Source: Octopus sinensis
Lineage: Eukaryota
NCBI RefSeq assembly: GCF_006345805.1
Contig: NC_043006.1
Location: 67,518,001-67,582,000, forward strand
Direction: 5' to 3'
Length of the DNA: 64,000 bases
Part shown: in pieces, positions 25,179 to 38,095 of the stretch
Layout of the letters: each line of letters begins with the position of its first letter
Position numbering within the stretch: the first letter of the stretch is position 1
Notes under the pieces: model-generated
The model's input: the letters and a program-made list of their open reading frames with translations, nothing else
Database searches by the model: none
What the model was told of the DNA's origin: nothing
Translations under genes and position numbers: made by a program

Positions 25179-26498
25179 GTCAGTATACATACATACATAC
25201 ATATATATATATATATACCCGTCAGTATACATATTGAATTCTGTAATTGATTCTTTCTTGGCAAATCATAAGAAATTTATACTTTCACCAGCTGAAGGTT
25301 GGTACCCTATAACAACAATTTTCTTCAATATCTTGCAAATTCCTCCTTTCTTAAGAGCCACAAGTACAGTTTTCCTAAAGGTCTTCTCTTCTATAACAGT
25401 TGCCAATGGTCTCATTCCCACGAAAAATTCGTTAAAAGCCGCACTTTCGACAACCTGTAACATGCAAATCTCCTGTCAAAACTACTTATGAGCTCCATCC
25501 GTCTTTCGTCTCGTAGATCGGCAGTCTCTCATCAGATCGTACTAACGTACCAAGTGTCGATGCATCTCGTTCTAAATCTATTAACATGAGCATCACGCCG
25601 GTAGAAATCTCAGGATCGCTTCAAATTCTCGACATTATCATCAATGAGGGTCTCTGCTTACTAACACACACAACACCTGTCTCAGAGACGAACTAATGGG
25701 GATGGGCCTCTATATTGTCACTCAGTCTGCTAGAGATAACACATTAAATTCCCTCCAAATCCCATCCCAAATAACACTTTGGATAATTTACTTCTGGATT
25801 AAATAAATAACAGCGACCGTCTTCTACACATTATCTTCTCACAGTTTCTCTTCTTCCTTAACAAAAATGGCTTCTAACCCGATGGAATAGCCCCGAAATA
25901 ACTAACTTTCATTATTCACTCAACTCATCTCTCATCATGTTCTTTCATCACCTCTAGTTTGTCAGTCTTACTCTCTCCATGTCATTTCTGTTTGCTACCT
26001 TCTGCAACACTCTTCAAACCGGATTTTCTTTTCTCTGCAACACCTGGACTACATCAATATCCTCGTTACTGCCTAGTTTCGTACCGCTACCACGTACATC
26101 TGTCCACCTTGTGGCACACTTGGTTCCTCCACCGTCTTCCTTCCCTTTCTCTGCACCAACCAATATGCTCAATCCTTCATCCCCATAACATCAACAACCC
26201 ACATCCCGATCATGTCTTTCTTCCTGATCCATGTCTTTCCTGCTAGCGTTGACGTTCAACAGTTTAAGCAGAACATTGATGGCGCCGAGCTCATGACTCA
26301 CGGAGGGCATGCATGGGCCAGGGGCTCTGTCCCTTCCTCCAGATTTATAAGATATAAAAAATGGCAGAAGTTATGAGACTTTATTTCAAAGCACTTTTAT
26401 TTCAAATAAACTCCATTATTGTGCAGTTTCAATAAAATTTATTTTTCAGGAAAAACGCAGTGAATTAAAAAATTTCTGACATTATTATATTGACTAAT

Positions 26499-27100
26499 GT
26501 TGTGTGTGTGTGTGTGTGTGGTGTGTGTGTGTACGTATGTATGTATGTATGTATGTATGTATGTATGTATGTATGTATGTATGTGTGTGTGTATGTATGT
26601 ATGTATGTATGATGTATGTATGTATGTATGTATGTATGTATGTATGCATGTATGTATGTATTATGTACGTATGTATGTATGTACGTACGTATGTTAGTAT
26701 GTATATACGTATGTATGACGTATATATGTACGTATAACTGTATGTACTTATGTATGTATTTATGCATGTACGCATATTTGTATGTATGTATGTGCGTATG
26801 TCAATGGATGCATATATGTATGTGTATGTATGTATGTATGTTTGGTTATATGTTTGTGTGTATGTATGTGCGTATGTATGTTAATAGATGTGTTTCTGTG
26901 CGTGTGTGTGCGCGGTGTACGTATATTTGCATGTGTGCGTGCATATGTTTCAGTATGTGAGCGTGTGCTTTTGTATACATATGTGTGTGCATACGTACAT
27001 GTGCGTATATATGTATGCATGTGTATTATGCTTATACATACAAATTTCAATTCATATATACACAAACACACACACATACATACTTCCATTCATACATACA
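26499..27100. repeat. (TG)n/(TATG)n-rich low-complexity tract
   Basis: Direct inspection. Confidence 0.9.
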
Positions 27101-27200
27101 NNNNNNNNNNNNNNNNNNNNNNNNNNNNNNNNNNNNNNNNNNNNNNNNNNNNNNNNNNNNNNNNNNNNNNNNNNNNNNNNNNNNNNNNNNNNNNNNNNNN
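27101..27200. other. Assembly gap (100 N)
   Basis: Direct inspection. Confidence 1.
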
Positions 27201-27348
27201 CAGGTCGTGACTCTTTTTTTAGAAGTGAAAATATGTATTCATATATTTACCCACAAATATTTGTTTTGCAAGGGTCTTTCTTTCTTAACTGCATTGGCTT
27301 TTGTTGCAGTATATATGTGTACATATATATATTATATATATATCTATA

Positions 27349-27443
<95 letters not shown>

Positions 27444-27444
27444 G

Positions 27445-28230
27445 AATGATATTTTCACTTCTAAAAAAAGAGACACGACCTGTTAAGATACTGAATTCTA
27501 AACGATATTTATAGAAATATTCAAACTGATGCACCAAAATAGAGGAATGTCAAGGTGTACATATATATTCACGTGTACCGAGACGTGTAGAAATAACCCT
27601 TGAATAGCGTGGCTGAGTGGTAAGAAGCTTGCTTCCCAACCACCTGGTTTCGAGTTCAGTCCTACTGTGTAGCACCTTGGGCAAGTATCTTCTGCTATAG
27701 CTTCGAGTCGACCAATGCCTTGTGAGTGGATTTGGTAGACGGAGACTGAAAGAAGCCAGTCGTATATATATATATTATAATATATATATATATAATATAT
27801 ATATATATATATACCCGACTGGCTTCTTTCAGTATATATATATATACGACTGGGTAGACGGAGACTGAAAGAAGCCAGTCGTATATAAATATATATATAT
27901 ATATATATTTATATACGACTGAGCTTCTTTCAGTCTCCGTCTACCAAATCCACTCACAAGGCATTGGTCGACTCGAAGCTATAGCAGAAGATACTTGCCC
28001 AAGGTGCTACACAGTAGGACTTAACTCGAAACCAGGTGGTTGGGAAGCAAGCTTCTTACCACACAGCCAAGCTATTCAAGGGTTATTTCTTCACGTCTCT
28101 GTACACGTGAATATATATGTACACCTTGACATTCCTCTATTTTGGTGCATCAGTTTAAATATTTCTATAAATATCGTTTAGAATTCAGTATCTTAACAGG
28201 TCGTGTCTCTTTTTTTAGAAGTAAAAATAC
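27445..28230. repeat. Fold-back inverted duplication (arms of about 330 bp including a family A SINE head) centred on (TA)n
   Basis: 27445-27775 is the reverse complement of about 27910-28230 with a few mismatches. 27201-27330 is also repeated directly at about 28197-28330. Confidence 0.9.
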
Positions 28231-28317
28231 GCATTCACTTATATTTACCCACAAATATTTGTTTTGCAAGGGTCTTTCTTTCTTAACTGCATTGGCTTTT
28301 GTTGCAGTATATATGTG

Positions 28318-28351
<34 letters not shown>

Positions 28352-29119
28352 TTCTTCAATTACTTGTTATTTTACAGACAGGTAGCAGACGTATAAAAAA
28401 AGCTTGTTTGCTCTTGTGTTGTTTATACATACATACATGTATATATATTTATATATATACATATATATACACACACACATAAATACATGAATATTTACTT
28501 ACATTGACATGTGTATGCACCTATGTGTTATAGACACATAAACACACACAAAACACACACACACACTGCATGTATTAATCAGTAAATAGTTCTAATCTTT
28601 TTCTATCAGGTTGCATAAAACGTTTTGTCCGATTTTTTATATTTATTTAAAACTACAACTGAGATTTAATCACATACAATTTCCATCATCTGCTATCGAT
28701 TCTTTACATCTATTTGCAAGCATTTGGATGCTTGACTTAAAAATTCTTTGGATTTGTAATTAAAGTATATTAACTCACTTCCTATGTGTTCCCCAAACGA
28801 ATTAATTGGTGGGAGGAAGTCCTGTCACATTTTAAGATGGAAAAGAAAGAAATGTTTTGTTGGTTTTCATTATGTAGGGCAGTTATGTTGTTTATACTTG
28901 ACGAAAGGAAAGAACGCAGAAACGCATGCGCCCTACGATCCAGTGACGGCATTTACAGCCCAATGTGTTTTCATACATAATCCCTAAGTGGAGATTTTTT
29001 TTTTTTTTCGTTGTGACTATTTCCACAGCGAAATGTTGTATCATGTTCGAATGTACTTCAACATGTTAAACATGATTGCGAGCAATTATGTTTTCTTCAA
29101 CGCTGTTTGGTGCGACTTA

Positions 29120-29167
<48 letters not shown>

Positions 29168-29300
29168 CACACACACACACACACACACACACACCACACA
29201 CACAAACACAAACACAAACACACACATGCACACATACATGTGTGTGTATGTATATAAGTATGCATGTACCTTCCTGTTCTCTTGGACTTCCCTCTGTCTC

Positions 29301-29339
29301 CTGTTTCTGAAGAAGAGCTTTACTCGAAACGTAAAACAG
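29301..29339 (+). ncRNA. Minimal type I hammerhead ribozyme motif (Penelope-associated type)
   Basis: Stem I CUGUUU/AAACAG, core CUGAAGA, extra A, stem II GAG/CUC, GAAA, palindromic ACGU, cleavage triplet GUA. Confidence 0.65.
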
Positions 29340-29447
29340 CCTTTCTTTTCTTCCCTAAGCGTCGTATTAATACTTTGCATTTACCACGACCACGCATTGG
29401 TGCTTTTTCTTGTCCTTTTTTCTCCTTTATTTTATATATATTATATA

Positions 29448-31055
29448 CTAGCAGAATTGCCTGGCGTTGCTCATGGCTGAATTGCTTGAAAGTACTGTTA
29501 ATGATTGCACTGAATTATGATGATTATTCAGGCAAATATTGATATAAGCTTACGGTGGGAGATAAGGACTTAACGATCAAACGTGTGCCATTGCATTGTT
29601 TTGGGGGGAACCAAATTTCTGATGAGCATTATAGGGGCACCAACTTAAGTTTGAGAAAGTGTGGTGGTAGTCCGGGTGCTCAAAGGAATTGAGTACCTCT
29701 ATTGGATAGTTGATGACGTCCTCTGGGTCAGGAGTTGTATCGATAGACTGATATACATAGACTTCCCCACGAATGAGTTTTAGCATTTCATCATTAATAT
29801 GGTGAACAGTTTTATTCCTCGGGGCCAGTATAGCCTTTTTGCCAATCCAATCCATATTCTGATAATTAGCTTGTAGATCTGAGAACACTGCATCTCTGAG
29901 ATCAGAAGGCGTCTTAACAATGTACAAATGGAATCGATGGCAATATTACCATTTTCATCCCCTGGTATTTTGCCTTCGCTAAGTGCAAGGAGGGTGTGAG
30001 GAAATGCTGCTGATGTGATATTACGTCGCATATGAGCACGCATATTGGTGTGAAGTTTGAGAGTTACTTCCCTTTGTTAAAAAAAATATGCATTAAAATT
30101 GAAAAAAATGATGGTAAATTATTTGTAAAATCATAGACTCATCGTAGACGCGCGCTAATACCCAGTATGGATTGAATGGTTACCTCTATGGAAATATATA
30201 CACGCACATTATACATACATGTGTGTATAGATGAATATATAAATACATTTAAATATCTATATACACTTTTGGGCGATCTTTCTGTTTCTTAGAGATAACT
30301 TTAGGTCTTATTTTCGTCCTAAAAAACTTTGTATGGAGTGAATGGTTACCTCTATGGAAATATATACACACACGTTATACATACATGTGTGCATAGATGA
30401 ATATATAAATACATTTATATATCTATATACACTTTTGGGCGATCTTTGTGCTACTTAGAGATAACTTTAGATCTTATTTTCGTCCTAAAAAAACTTTGTG
30501 CGGAGTGAATGGTTACGTGTATGGAAATATATACACACACATTATACATACATCTGTGTATAGATGAATATATAAATACATTTAAATATCTATATACACT
30601 TTTGGGCGATCTTTCTGCTACTTGGATATAGGTCTTATATTCGTCCTAAAAAACTTTCCTGTCACACACTCACGCACACGCACACACACACACACACGCA
30701 CCCTCACACACACACACACACGCACACACACACGTTAGCTTACAATTTTATTTATATATTTGCGTGTCTATGTGTGTAAAGAGGAAGTGGCAGAGTGAAA
30801 GAGTCACTCACTACAAGAAGTGAATTACTTTCACTTTATTCGTTGCACACTGTGTGTGTGCGTGTGCGTGTGGTGTAGGCCACACTAAGAGAAGCATTTG
30901 ACTCATACACCACAATGTGAGTTTTCTCTGAATTTTGTTTAATTGGGGTTGCAATTTTAAAAAGTGGACCTGGCACGACCCGATGCATTCTACTCTTAAA
31001 AATGCTAGGTAAATGTAATTGAAGAAATCCTATATTGTAGATTTCTATAATATTA
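29448..31055 (-). mobile_element. Non-autonomous composite Helitron, copy 1 (Pif1 helicase fragment plus 166-bp tandem repeats)
   Basis: 3' end (minus) ...GAGCAACGCCAGGCAATTCTGCTAG|T at 29448. Frameshifted helicase (KKAILAPRNKTVHHIN, YPIEVLNS). Homologous to 42976-45124. Confidence 0.85.
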
Positions 31056-31059
31056 TAAT

Positions 31060-31109
<50 letters not shown>

Positions 31110-31482
31110 TATATACACATATATATACATACATATATACATATATATACATACATATAATATACATATAGATTATACATAGATATTTAGTGTGTGGTGT
31201 GTGTGTGTGTGTGTGTGTGTGTATGTATATAGTATATATGAATCGCCATGACTGATCGTTAGCCACTACACACATTTTTTTCTCTCCTTGTTTTTCTCCA
31301 TGTTTTTTTCTGTGTTCCTTTCTGTAGAAGAGCGTAGGCTCGAAACGTAAAAGACTATTTCTATTCCTGAGCATTATACTAATACATCTGTTTGTTTTGT
31401 ACACCACCTGTCTTCGTATTTTGGTTTTTTCGTAAATTCTCCCTATATATTTATATACATACATATATACGTATACACACAT

Positions 31483-31528
<46 letters not shown>

Positions 31529-31564
31529 TTCTATCTCTTCTCCATACTGTTCCTTCTATCTTTT

Positions 31565-31990
31565 TTTCCTTGATTTAGTCAAAGAACTGTGGCCATGCTG
31601 GAACACCACCTTTAAGTGTTTAGTCGAATATATCGACCCGGTATTTAATTTTTAAGTCCGATAATTGTTTTATCTGTCTCCTGTGCCGAACCATTAAGTA
31701 ATGGGACGTAAAAAAAACAACACCGGTTGTCAAGTTGCGGGAAGAGACAATCTCCAACACAGACAGACACACTAGCACACACACACATTCATACACATAC
31801 ATACACGTCGGCTTTCCATACAGTTACCATCTACCAAATTCTCTCCCAAGGGTCGATGGGAGTGAATTTGGTAGACGGAAACTGGTCGACCCGGGGCTAT
31901 AATTCAGAACACTTGTCCAAGATATCGCGAAGTGGGACTGACCTCGAAACTGATTAAAAAAAAAAAAACAAGCTTTTTAACCACACACCG
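31565..31990 (-). mobile_element. Degenerate SINE family A
   Basis: Diverged tail, microsatellite and head. Confidence 0.65.
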
Positions 31991-32561
31991 AATGCCTTTT
32001 GTCCCCTTTGTTATTAACAATGTTAGTTCTGACCGACCATCATCAAAAAAACCTAACTGAATGAAAAGAAAACCGTCCTACATCTCTGTTCAAGTTAGGA
32101 GATACCAAGGTATGTTGTGTTTATTTCTTCTTATCTCAAACAATTTCACGTGTACTTCCCGTATGTTCCACCGTCGCTTTGTGATGAGAAATCTATATAT
32201 ATATATATTTGCAGCACGTTTTCTAACATGCTAGATTTTGCTTTCTTTCCCATTTAAAACTCTACTCTTTTATTGTCTGTTTTCTTTCCCGCTGCCTTTT
32301 GCAGGACTTTTATACTTCCACGGCAACAATAACAGCATCAACAAGGAATATATAACATCTATAAAAACGAGAATAACAACAATTATTCACTGGGAACGAA
32401 CTAATGGTGTTTTCCCACTAGTGTTTTGTCTATCATTAACTGGTTAGTATATAAATATTTATGGCGTATTCAGTGGACTTCCATAAAAATATACATGAGT
32501 ATATACATACATATATACGTATATATATGTGTGTGTGTTTGTGTGTGTATGTATGTGTATG

Positions 32562-32604
<43 letters not shown>

Positions 32605-32738
32605 ATATGTACGTATGTATATGTATGTATCTATGTATATGTAGATGTATGTATCTACGTATTTGTATCTATGTATATATATGTATGCATATATATATAT
32701 TATATATATAAATAAGTATATATATATATAATATATAT

Positions 32739-33035
32739 CACCGTGACCGACCAGGCTATCAGATGTTGCTACACATCGCTGATCACAATGCGCTTCGCAT
32801 TGTTTTAGCCTTCAAATGACGCCTTCCCGCTGGATAAGCGAGCAAGCCAACAGAAGAAAGAGTGAGAGAAAGTTGTGGCGAAAGAGTACAGCAGGGATTG
32901 CCACCACCCCTGCCGGAGCCTCGTGGAGCTTTAGGTGTTTTCGCTCAATAAACACTCACAACGCCTGGTCTGATAGTCGAAACCGCGATCCTACGGCCGC
33001 GAATCCGCTGCCCTAACCACTGGGCCATTGCGCCT

Positions 33036-33038
<3 letters not shown>
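32739..33038 (-). mobile_element. tRNA-derived SINE (a third family)
   Basis: Minus-strand head GTGGAGGCGCAATGGCCCAGTGGTTAGGGCAGCGG...GGTTTCGA (A and B boxes), followed by a non-tRNA body ending at (TA)n. Confidence 0.8.
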
Positions 33039-33084
<46 letters not shown>

Positions 33085-33644
33085 CATACATATATATTTA
33101 TATATACATGTACAAGTGTGTATGTATATACATACATGAATATGTGTGTGTGCTTATACGTATATATATATATATATATATCATATTGTCTTTAATCATA
33201 TATTTACATACATACATACACGTTCACACCCATATCTGTGTGTTTATGTGTGTGTCTATGCATGTATCTGTGTGTATGCACACATGCACTTACACACCCA
33301 TACAGCCAAGAGAGTACACAAAGGAAAGTCGAGGGCGAGACTTTTCGAAGCGCTCGTTTTTCCCAAATTGTATTATAACAATAAAGCAACGCCCTCGAAC
33401 TATCGCATAATTTGGGCCAAATCAAAATAGTGTGGGATCTATCGTACATGTTATAAAGAGATCTTAATTTAATAGCAGACAGGCTCGAAACAGAACTGGA
33501 GTGGAGAGGGTTTGTCGTTGATGAGGTTACGAATGGTGACGAAAGATTGAGACAAACCTGGGCACCAAACCGTTAATCCGTTTGTCGTTAATTAACGAAC
33601 TTATCATTTTCGTTAACGATTTTATCATATTGAAGTTAGCGGGC

Positions 33645-33847
33645 ATATGACGTAGTGGTTAAGAGCGCTGGTTACTAACCCCAAAATTCCGAGTTTGATC
33701 CCAGGCAGTGACCTGAAGAAGAAGAAGAAGAAGAAGAAGAAGAAGAAGAAGAAGAAGAAGAAGAAGAAGAAGAAGAAGAAGAAGAAGAAGAAGAAGAAGA
33801 AGAAGAAGAAGAAGAAGAAGAAGAAGAAGAACAAGAAGAAGAAGAAG

Positions 33848-33911
<64 letters not shown>

Positions 33912-34080
33912 GCAACAACAACAGCAACAACAACAACAACATCGAAAAATACCTTAGGAATGAGAATCCAGGTTCGAAATTTCCCCAAGACACCTGATGA
34001 AGGCTGAAGCGTATATCAGTCGAAACATTGTGTTAACAACAAACAAGATGAGGACAAATATCTGTCAAATTTAAATAATG
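33645..34080 (+). mobile_element. tRNA-headed SINE with an internal (GAA)n(CAA)n tract and a Penelope-type hammerhead near its 3' end
   Basis: A box TGACGTAGTGG and B box GAGTTTGATCC. Microsatellite at 33716-33940. Hammerhead motif at 33989-34034. Confidence 0.7.
33989..34034 (+). ncRNA. Minimal hammerhead ribozyme motif (stem III palindrome decayed, ACGU to ACAU)
   Basis: Stem I GACAC/GUGUU, CUGAUGA, extra A, stem II GGCUGA/UCAGUC, GAAAC-A-UU. Confidence 0.55.
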
Positions 34081-34529
34081 TAAGGATTTTATAGTTTTTG
34101 GTACTTTTTAAAGGTGTTTTTAGGTAGCTTTAGAGCAAAAATTGATCTTTTTTTTGTTTATTTGTTTTTTCTATAATAAAAGTTATCGATAACTTCCGTT
34201 ACATTTTTAAAGAATTAACTGATTGACGGTTCTCGAAATTAAGCTTTTGGTTAACGGATTAACGATTAACGAAGTTAAGTTTTCGGCTGACGGTGCCCAC
34301 CTTTGCCGATTGATTGACTCTACTATTAATTAAACAATCGATAAGTTAATAGGTTAAATCAGTGGTACTCAACCATTTGGTTCTTATCTCATTCGGATGG
34401 ATCCTCATAACCATTCAATAACCATTCAATAACCATTCACAATAATCTTTTCATAGATTTATGATTAAATATTATTAGGAATTGTTCAAATATTTTGTGC
34501 GTTGTGGAAGTATAACCACTTCATTCTTT

Positions 34530-34724
34530 AATCCGTTTATTTGTTTCAGTCATTCGATTGCGGCTATGCTGGAGCACCGCCTTTTAGACGAACAAATCGA
34601 CCACAGGACTTATTCTTTGTAAACTTAGTACTTATTCTATCGGTCTCTTATGCCGAACCGCTAGATTACGGAGACGTAAACACACCAGCATTGGTTGTCG
34701 AGCGATGGTGGGTGTGGGGACAAA

Positions 34725-34755
<31 letters not shown>

Positions 34756-34945
34756 TCTACTCTCGGCACAAGGCCTTCAAACTTTTAGGGAGAAAGGGAT
34801 TAGTCGATTACATCGACGCCAGTACGTAACTGGTACTTATTTCATCGACCCCAAAAGAATGAAAGGAAAAGTCGACCCTGGCGGAATTTGACAGACGAAG
34901 TACAGCTAAACATTTCACTCGGGGTCCTAACGTTTCTGCCAGTTT
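34530..34945 (-). mobile_element. SINE family A tail and SINE family B fragments
   Basis: Reverse-complement matches to both families. Confidence 0.75.
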
Positions 34946-34958
34946 TCCGCCTTATATA

Positions 34959-35016
<58 letters not shown>

Positions 35017-35017
<1 letters not shown>

Positions 35018-35200
35018 AACACAGAAATCTCAGTTCTGCATGGATTGATTGTAAAAAGGCCTTCGACGGCATACCGCATTCATAGATCTTGAAATCGCTG
35101 GATATCTTCAAAATTTCTCCTGTGATTCCAAGCTTACTGAAGCACAACATGCCGATGTGGAATACGAATCTCCCATTATACCACTCTAATGGAGTGCTGA
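35017..35200 (+). mobile_element. RT fragment of an RLE-type (R4/Dong-like) non-LTR retrotransposon
   Basis: KHRNLSSAWIDCKKAFDGIPHS*ILKSLDIFKI resembles the RNLSxAWIDYKKAYDSVPHSWI motif. Confidence 0.7.
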
Positions 35201-35294
35201 TAGAGAAAGAACCGGTTTCTAACCTAGATCCAAAGCTCCTTCATTGGAATTTCAACATCAACAACAGGGTATTTTCGTTTGTTTGCATGTACTC

Positions 35295-35725
35295 TTTTAC
35301 TCTTTTACTTGTTTCAGTCATTTGACTGCGGCCATGCTGGAGCACCGCCTATAGTCGAGCAAATCGACCCCCGGGCTTATTCTTTGTAAGCCTAGTACTT
35401 ATTCTATCGGTCTTTTTTTGCCGAACCGCTAAGGTACGCGGAGGTAAACACAACAGCATCGGTTGTCAAGCAATGTTAGGGGACAAACACAGACACACAA
35501 ACATACACACACACACACACACAGATACACACACACACACACACATACATATATATATATACGACGGGATTCTTTCAGTTTCCGTCTACCAAATCCACTC
35601 ATAAGGCTTTGGTCGGCCCGCGGCTATAGTAAAAGACACTTGCTCAAGGTGTCAAGCAGTGGGACTGAACCCGGAACTATGTGGTTGGTAAGCAAGCTAC
35701 TTACCACACAGACACTCCAGCGCCT
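35295..35725 (-). mobile_element. SINE family A
   Basis: Full family A layout on the minus strand. Confidence 0.85.
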
Positions 35726-35831
35726 GTATGTATGTATGTATGTATGTATTTGTGCAGATTTGCATGTTTTATGCATGTATTCTCATGCATATAGTTGCAT
35801 ATCTAGACATGCTCGTATATACTTAAATGAT

Positions 35832-36062
35832 AGGCGGCGAGCTGGCAGAACCGTTAGCATGCCGGGCGAAATGCGTAGCCGTATTTTGTCTGCCGTAACG
35901 TTCTGAGTTCAAATTCCGCCGAGGTCGACTTTGCCTTTCATCCTTTCGGGGTCGATAAATTAAGTACCAGCTACGCACTGGGGTCGATGTAATCGACTTA
36001 ATTCGTTTGTCTGTCCTTGTTTGTCCCCTCTATGTTTAGCCCCTTGTGGGTAATAAAGAAAC
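35832..36062 (+). mobile_element. SINE family B
   Basis: Near-identical to the copies at 2563 and 7864. Confidence 0.85.
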
Positions 36063-36068
36063 ATATAC

Positions 36069-36190
36069 TTAAATGATAAACTTCTGGAAAGTTTTACAGA
36101 TTTTTACAGTTCCAGTGATGGATTGGATCGTTAGTCTTCGAATTACCTTTCTTCTTTCTGGTTTGGAGATGCCTAATTTCTCAAGATTGG
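36069..36190 (-). mobile_element. C-terminal end of an RLE-type (R4-like) LINE ORF
   Basis: LEKLGISKPERRKVIRRLTIQSITGTVKICKTFQKFII*. Confidence 0.5.
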
Positions 36191-36364
36191 TATTTATGTA
36201 TGCATGCATGCATGTACGTACGTATGTATACATGCATGCATGTACGTACGTATGTATGTATGTATGTATGTATGTATGCATGTATGTATGCATGTATGTA
36301 TGATTGTATGTATGTATGTATGTATGTATGTGTATGTATGTATGTATGCATGAATATGTAGGTA

Positions 36365-36424
36365 TTGCCATATGGTTAAGAAGTTCGCGTAGTTACAACT
36401 TCGACCCTGCTGTATGCCGCTATG

Positions 36425-36464
<40 letters not shown>

Positions 36465-36790
36465 CGTGCATGCGTGAGCATGGGCATGCGTGTGTGTGTG
36501 AGAGAGTGCGTGCATGCGTACGTGTGCATGAGTTTGTATGTCTTTGTATCTACGTTTGCCCCCCCCCCCACCACCACCACCACCACCACCACCGCTTGAC
36601 AACCTGTACTAGTATGTTTACGTCCCCGAAAATTAGCGGTTCAGCAAATCAAACTAAAAGAATAAGTACCAAACTTTAAAAAAAAACGTAAATACAAGGG
36701 CTGATTAATTCGACTTAAATTCCTCAGCGCAGTACTCCAGCATGGCCGTAGTCTTATAAGTGAACCAAATAGGAGATAAGACTAAAGATA
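36365..36790 (+). mobile_element. Degenerate SINE family A
   Basis: Tail CCGCTTGACAACC...AAGAATAAGTACC with a decayed head. Confidence 0.6.
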
Positions 36791-37904
36791 GAAAGGGAAA
36801 TTAAAGTTTGTCTATAAAAAGAACTTCCATCATGTCGACCTAATTAGATTACTTTCAATTTTCAGAACTAATTTACCATTAATTATCAAATTTTTTATTC
36901 CTATTTTTGGGCTATGACAGATGTCTTAGGAGTTAAAATAATATATAGTATTTAAATTTTCTTCATATGTGAATTATTTTGGAAATTATAAATCTTACGA
37001 AAAGTCCCAAATAGGGATCGCTGAAATTAAGTATATTTATCCTTTTCTATTTAATTGCAATAACAAACATTTTAGGTTTTTTTTGTTTTTTTTTTTGAAA
37101 CTATAGCATTAAATGCGAATGTGTATGAAATATCAATGAATGATATAGATGGGAAATGCAAAATAAAATGTTTTCAAAACAGTTGGTATTTTTGTGGTTC
37201 AAAAATTGCGATTCATGACATAAAATGCCTTCTAGAATTAGTCAGAGCTAATAATGGCAAACTTTAACCACTAAATATTGTTAAACACACCTCTGCAAAT
37301 GCATTATGCATAAGCAATTCACTTTAAATACAACGAACAACCGGCAATGAGATTGTTTTGGTAGATTTTCAAATGGGGCTAATGGCAGGCAATGGGTTAA
37401 ATCCGTTTCCACCAAGCATAATTAACATCCTGCAGTTACATTTCGTAGAAAACAGAACAGACTGTCGTTGCTTTCCGAGAAGTGTCGCACATTTACGACG
37501 TCGTTTGGGATTGCTACTAGAAAAAAGGCGTGACACATATACACAAACACACACACACACAGCTGGTTTTTCACAGGTTACGTCTACCAAATCCACGCAT
37601 AAATTTCTCTGTATGTGTGCGTGTGTGTGTGTGGTATGTCTGTGCATATTAATCGATGTGCACTGTATTACATATCCATTACGGCCGATCGTGATCGGTT
37701 TCGAACTAGGGGTTCAACGGAATGTTATATAACACTCTGATTATGTATCCCTGTGCTCTTCAGAGATGGCAATGGATCCTTAGATGGTGTTTGTGTGTGT
37801 ATATATATATATATATACAACGTCTAAGAATCCATGTGTGTGTGAGCGCGTATTACTCTCTCTCCATGCCATTTTGTGGTCGTTGTAAAAGAATGTCACT
37901 GTTA

Positions 37905-38095
37905 TACTAGCAGTGTCCTTTGTTTCCAGTCTTCTGTAAAAGCATGTCTGGTCATAGAGAAATGTTACCTTGCTTGGAAACAGATAGTGATTGGTGACAG
38001 GAAGGGCATCCGGCCGTAGAAAATCCGCCTCAACAAAATTCCCTGTCTGATCCATGCGAACATAGAAAAGTAGACGTTAAATCGATGATGATGAA
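37905..38095 (+). mobile_element. RTE 3'-tail-derived short element
   Basis: AGGAAGGGCATCCGGCCGTAGAAAA...GACGTTAAATCGATGATGATG. Confidence 0.7.

Larger units (their letters stand above)
33553..34305. mobile_element. TIR element (CAAA..TGGGCACC ends, subterminal GTTAAT/CGTT motifs) interrupted by a SINE
   Basis: The left end CAAACCTGGGCACC matches the reverse complement of the right end, CAAAGGTGGGCACC. No clear TSD. Confidence 0.55.

Noticed and set aside
25505-25545. Minus-strand CTGATGA...GAAA hammerhead-like spacing
   Set aside because: Stem II cannot pair (GAGAC...GAGAC is a direct repeat) and no stems I or III were found.
26782-27449. ORFs spanning poly-X
   Set aside because: They run through the 100-N assembly gap.
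32960-33038. tRNA-like sequences here and at about 246, 2563 and 33645
   Set aside because: They have A/B boxes but no complete cloverleaf or acceptor stem, and they run into SINE bodies, so they are SINE heads.
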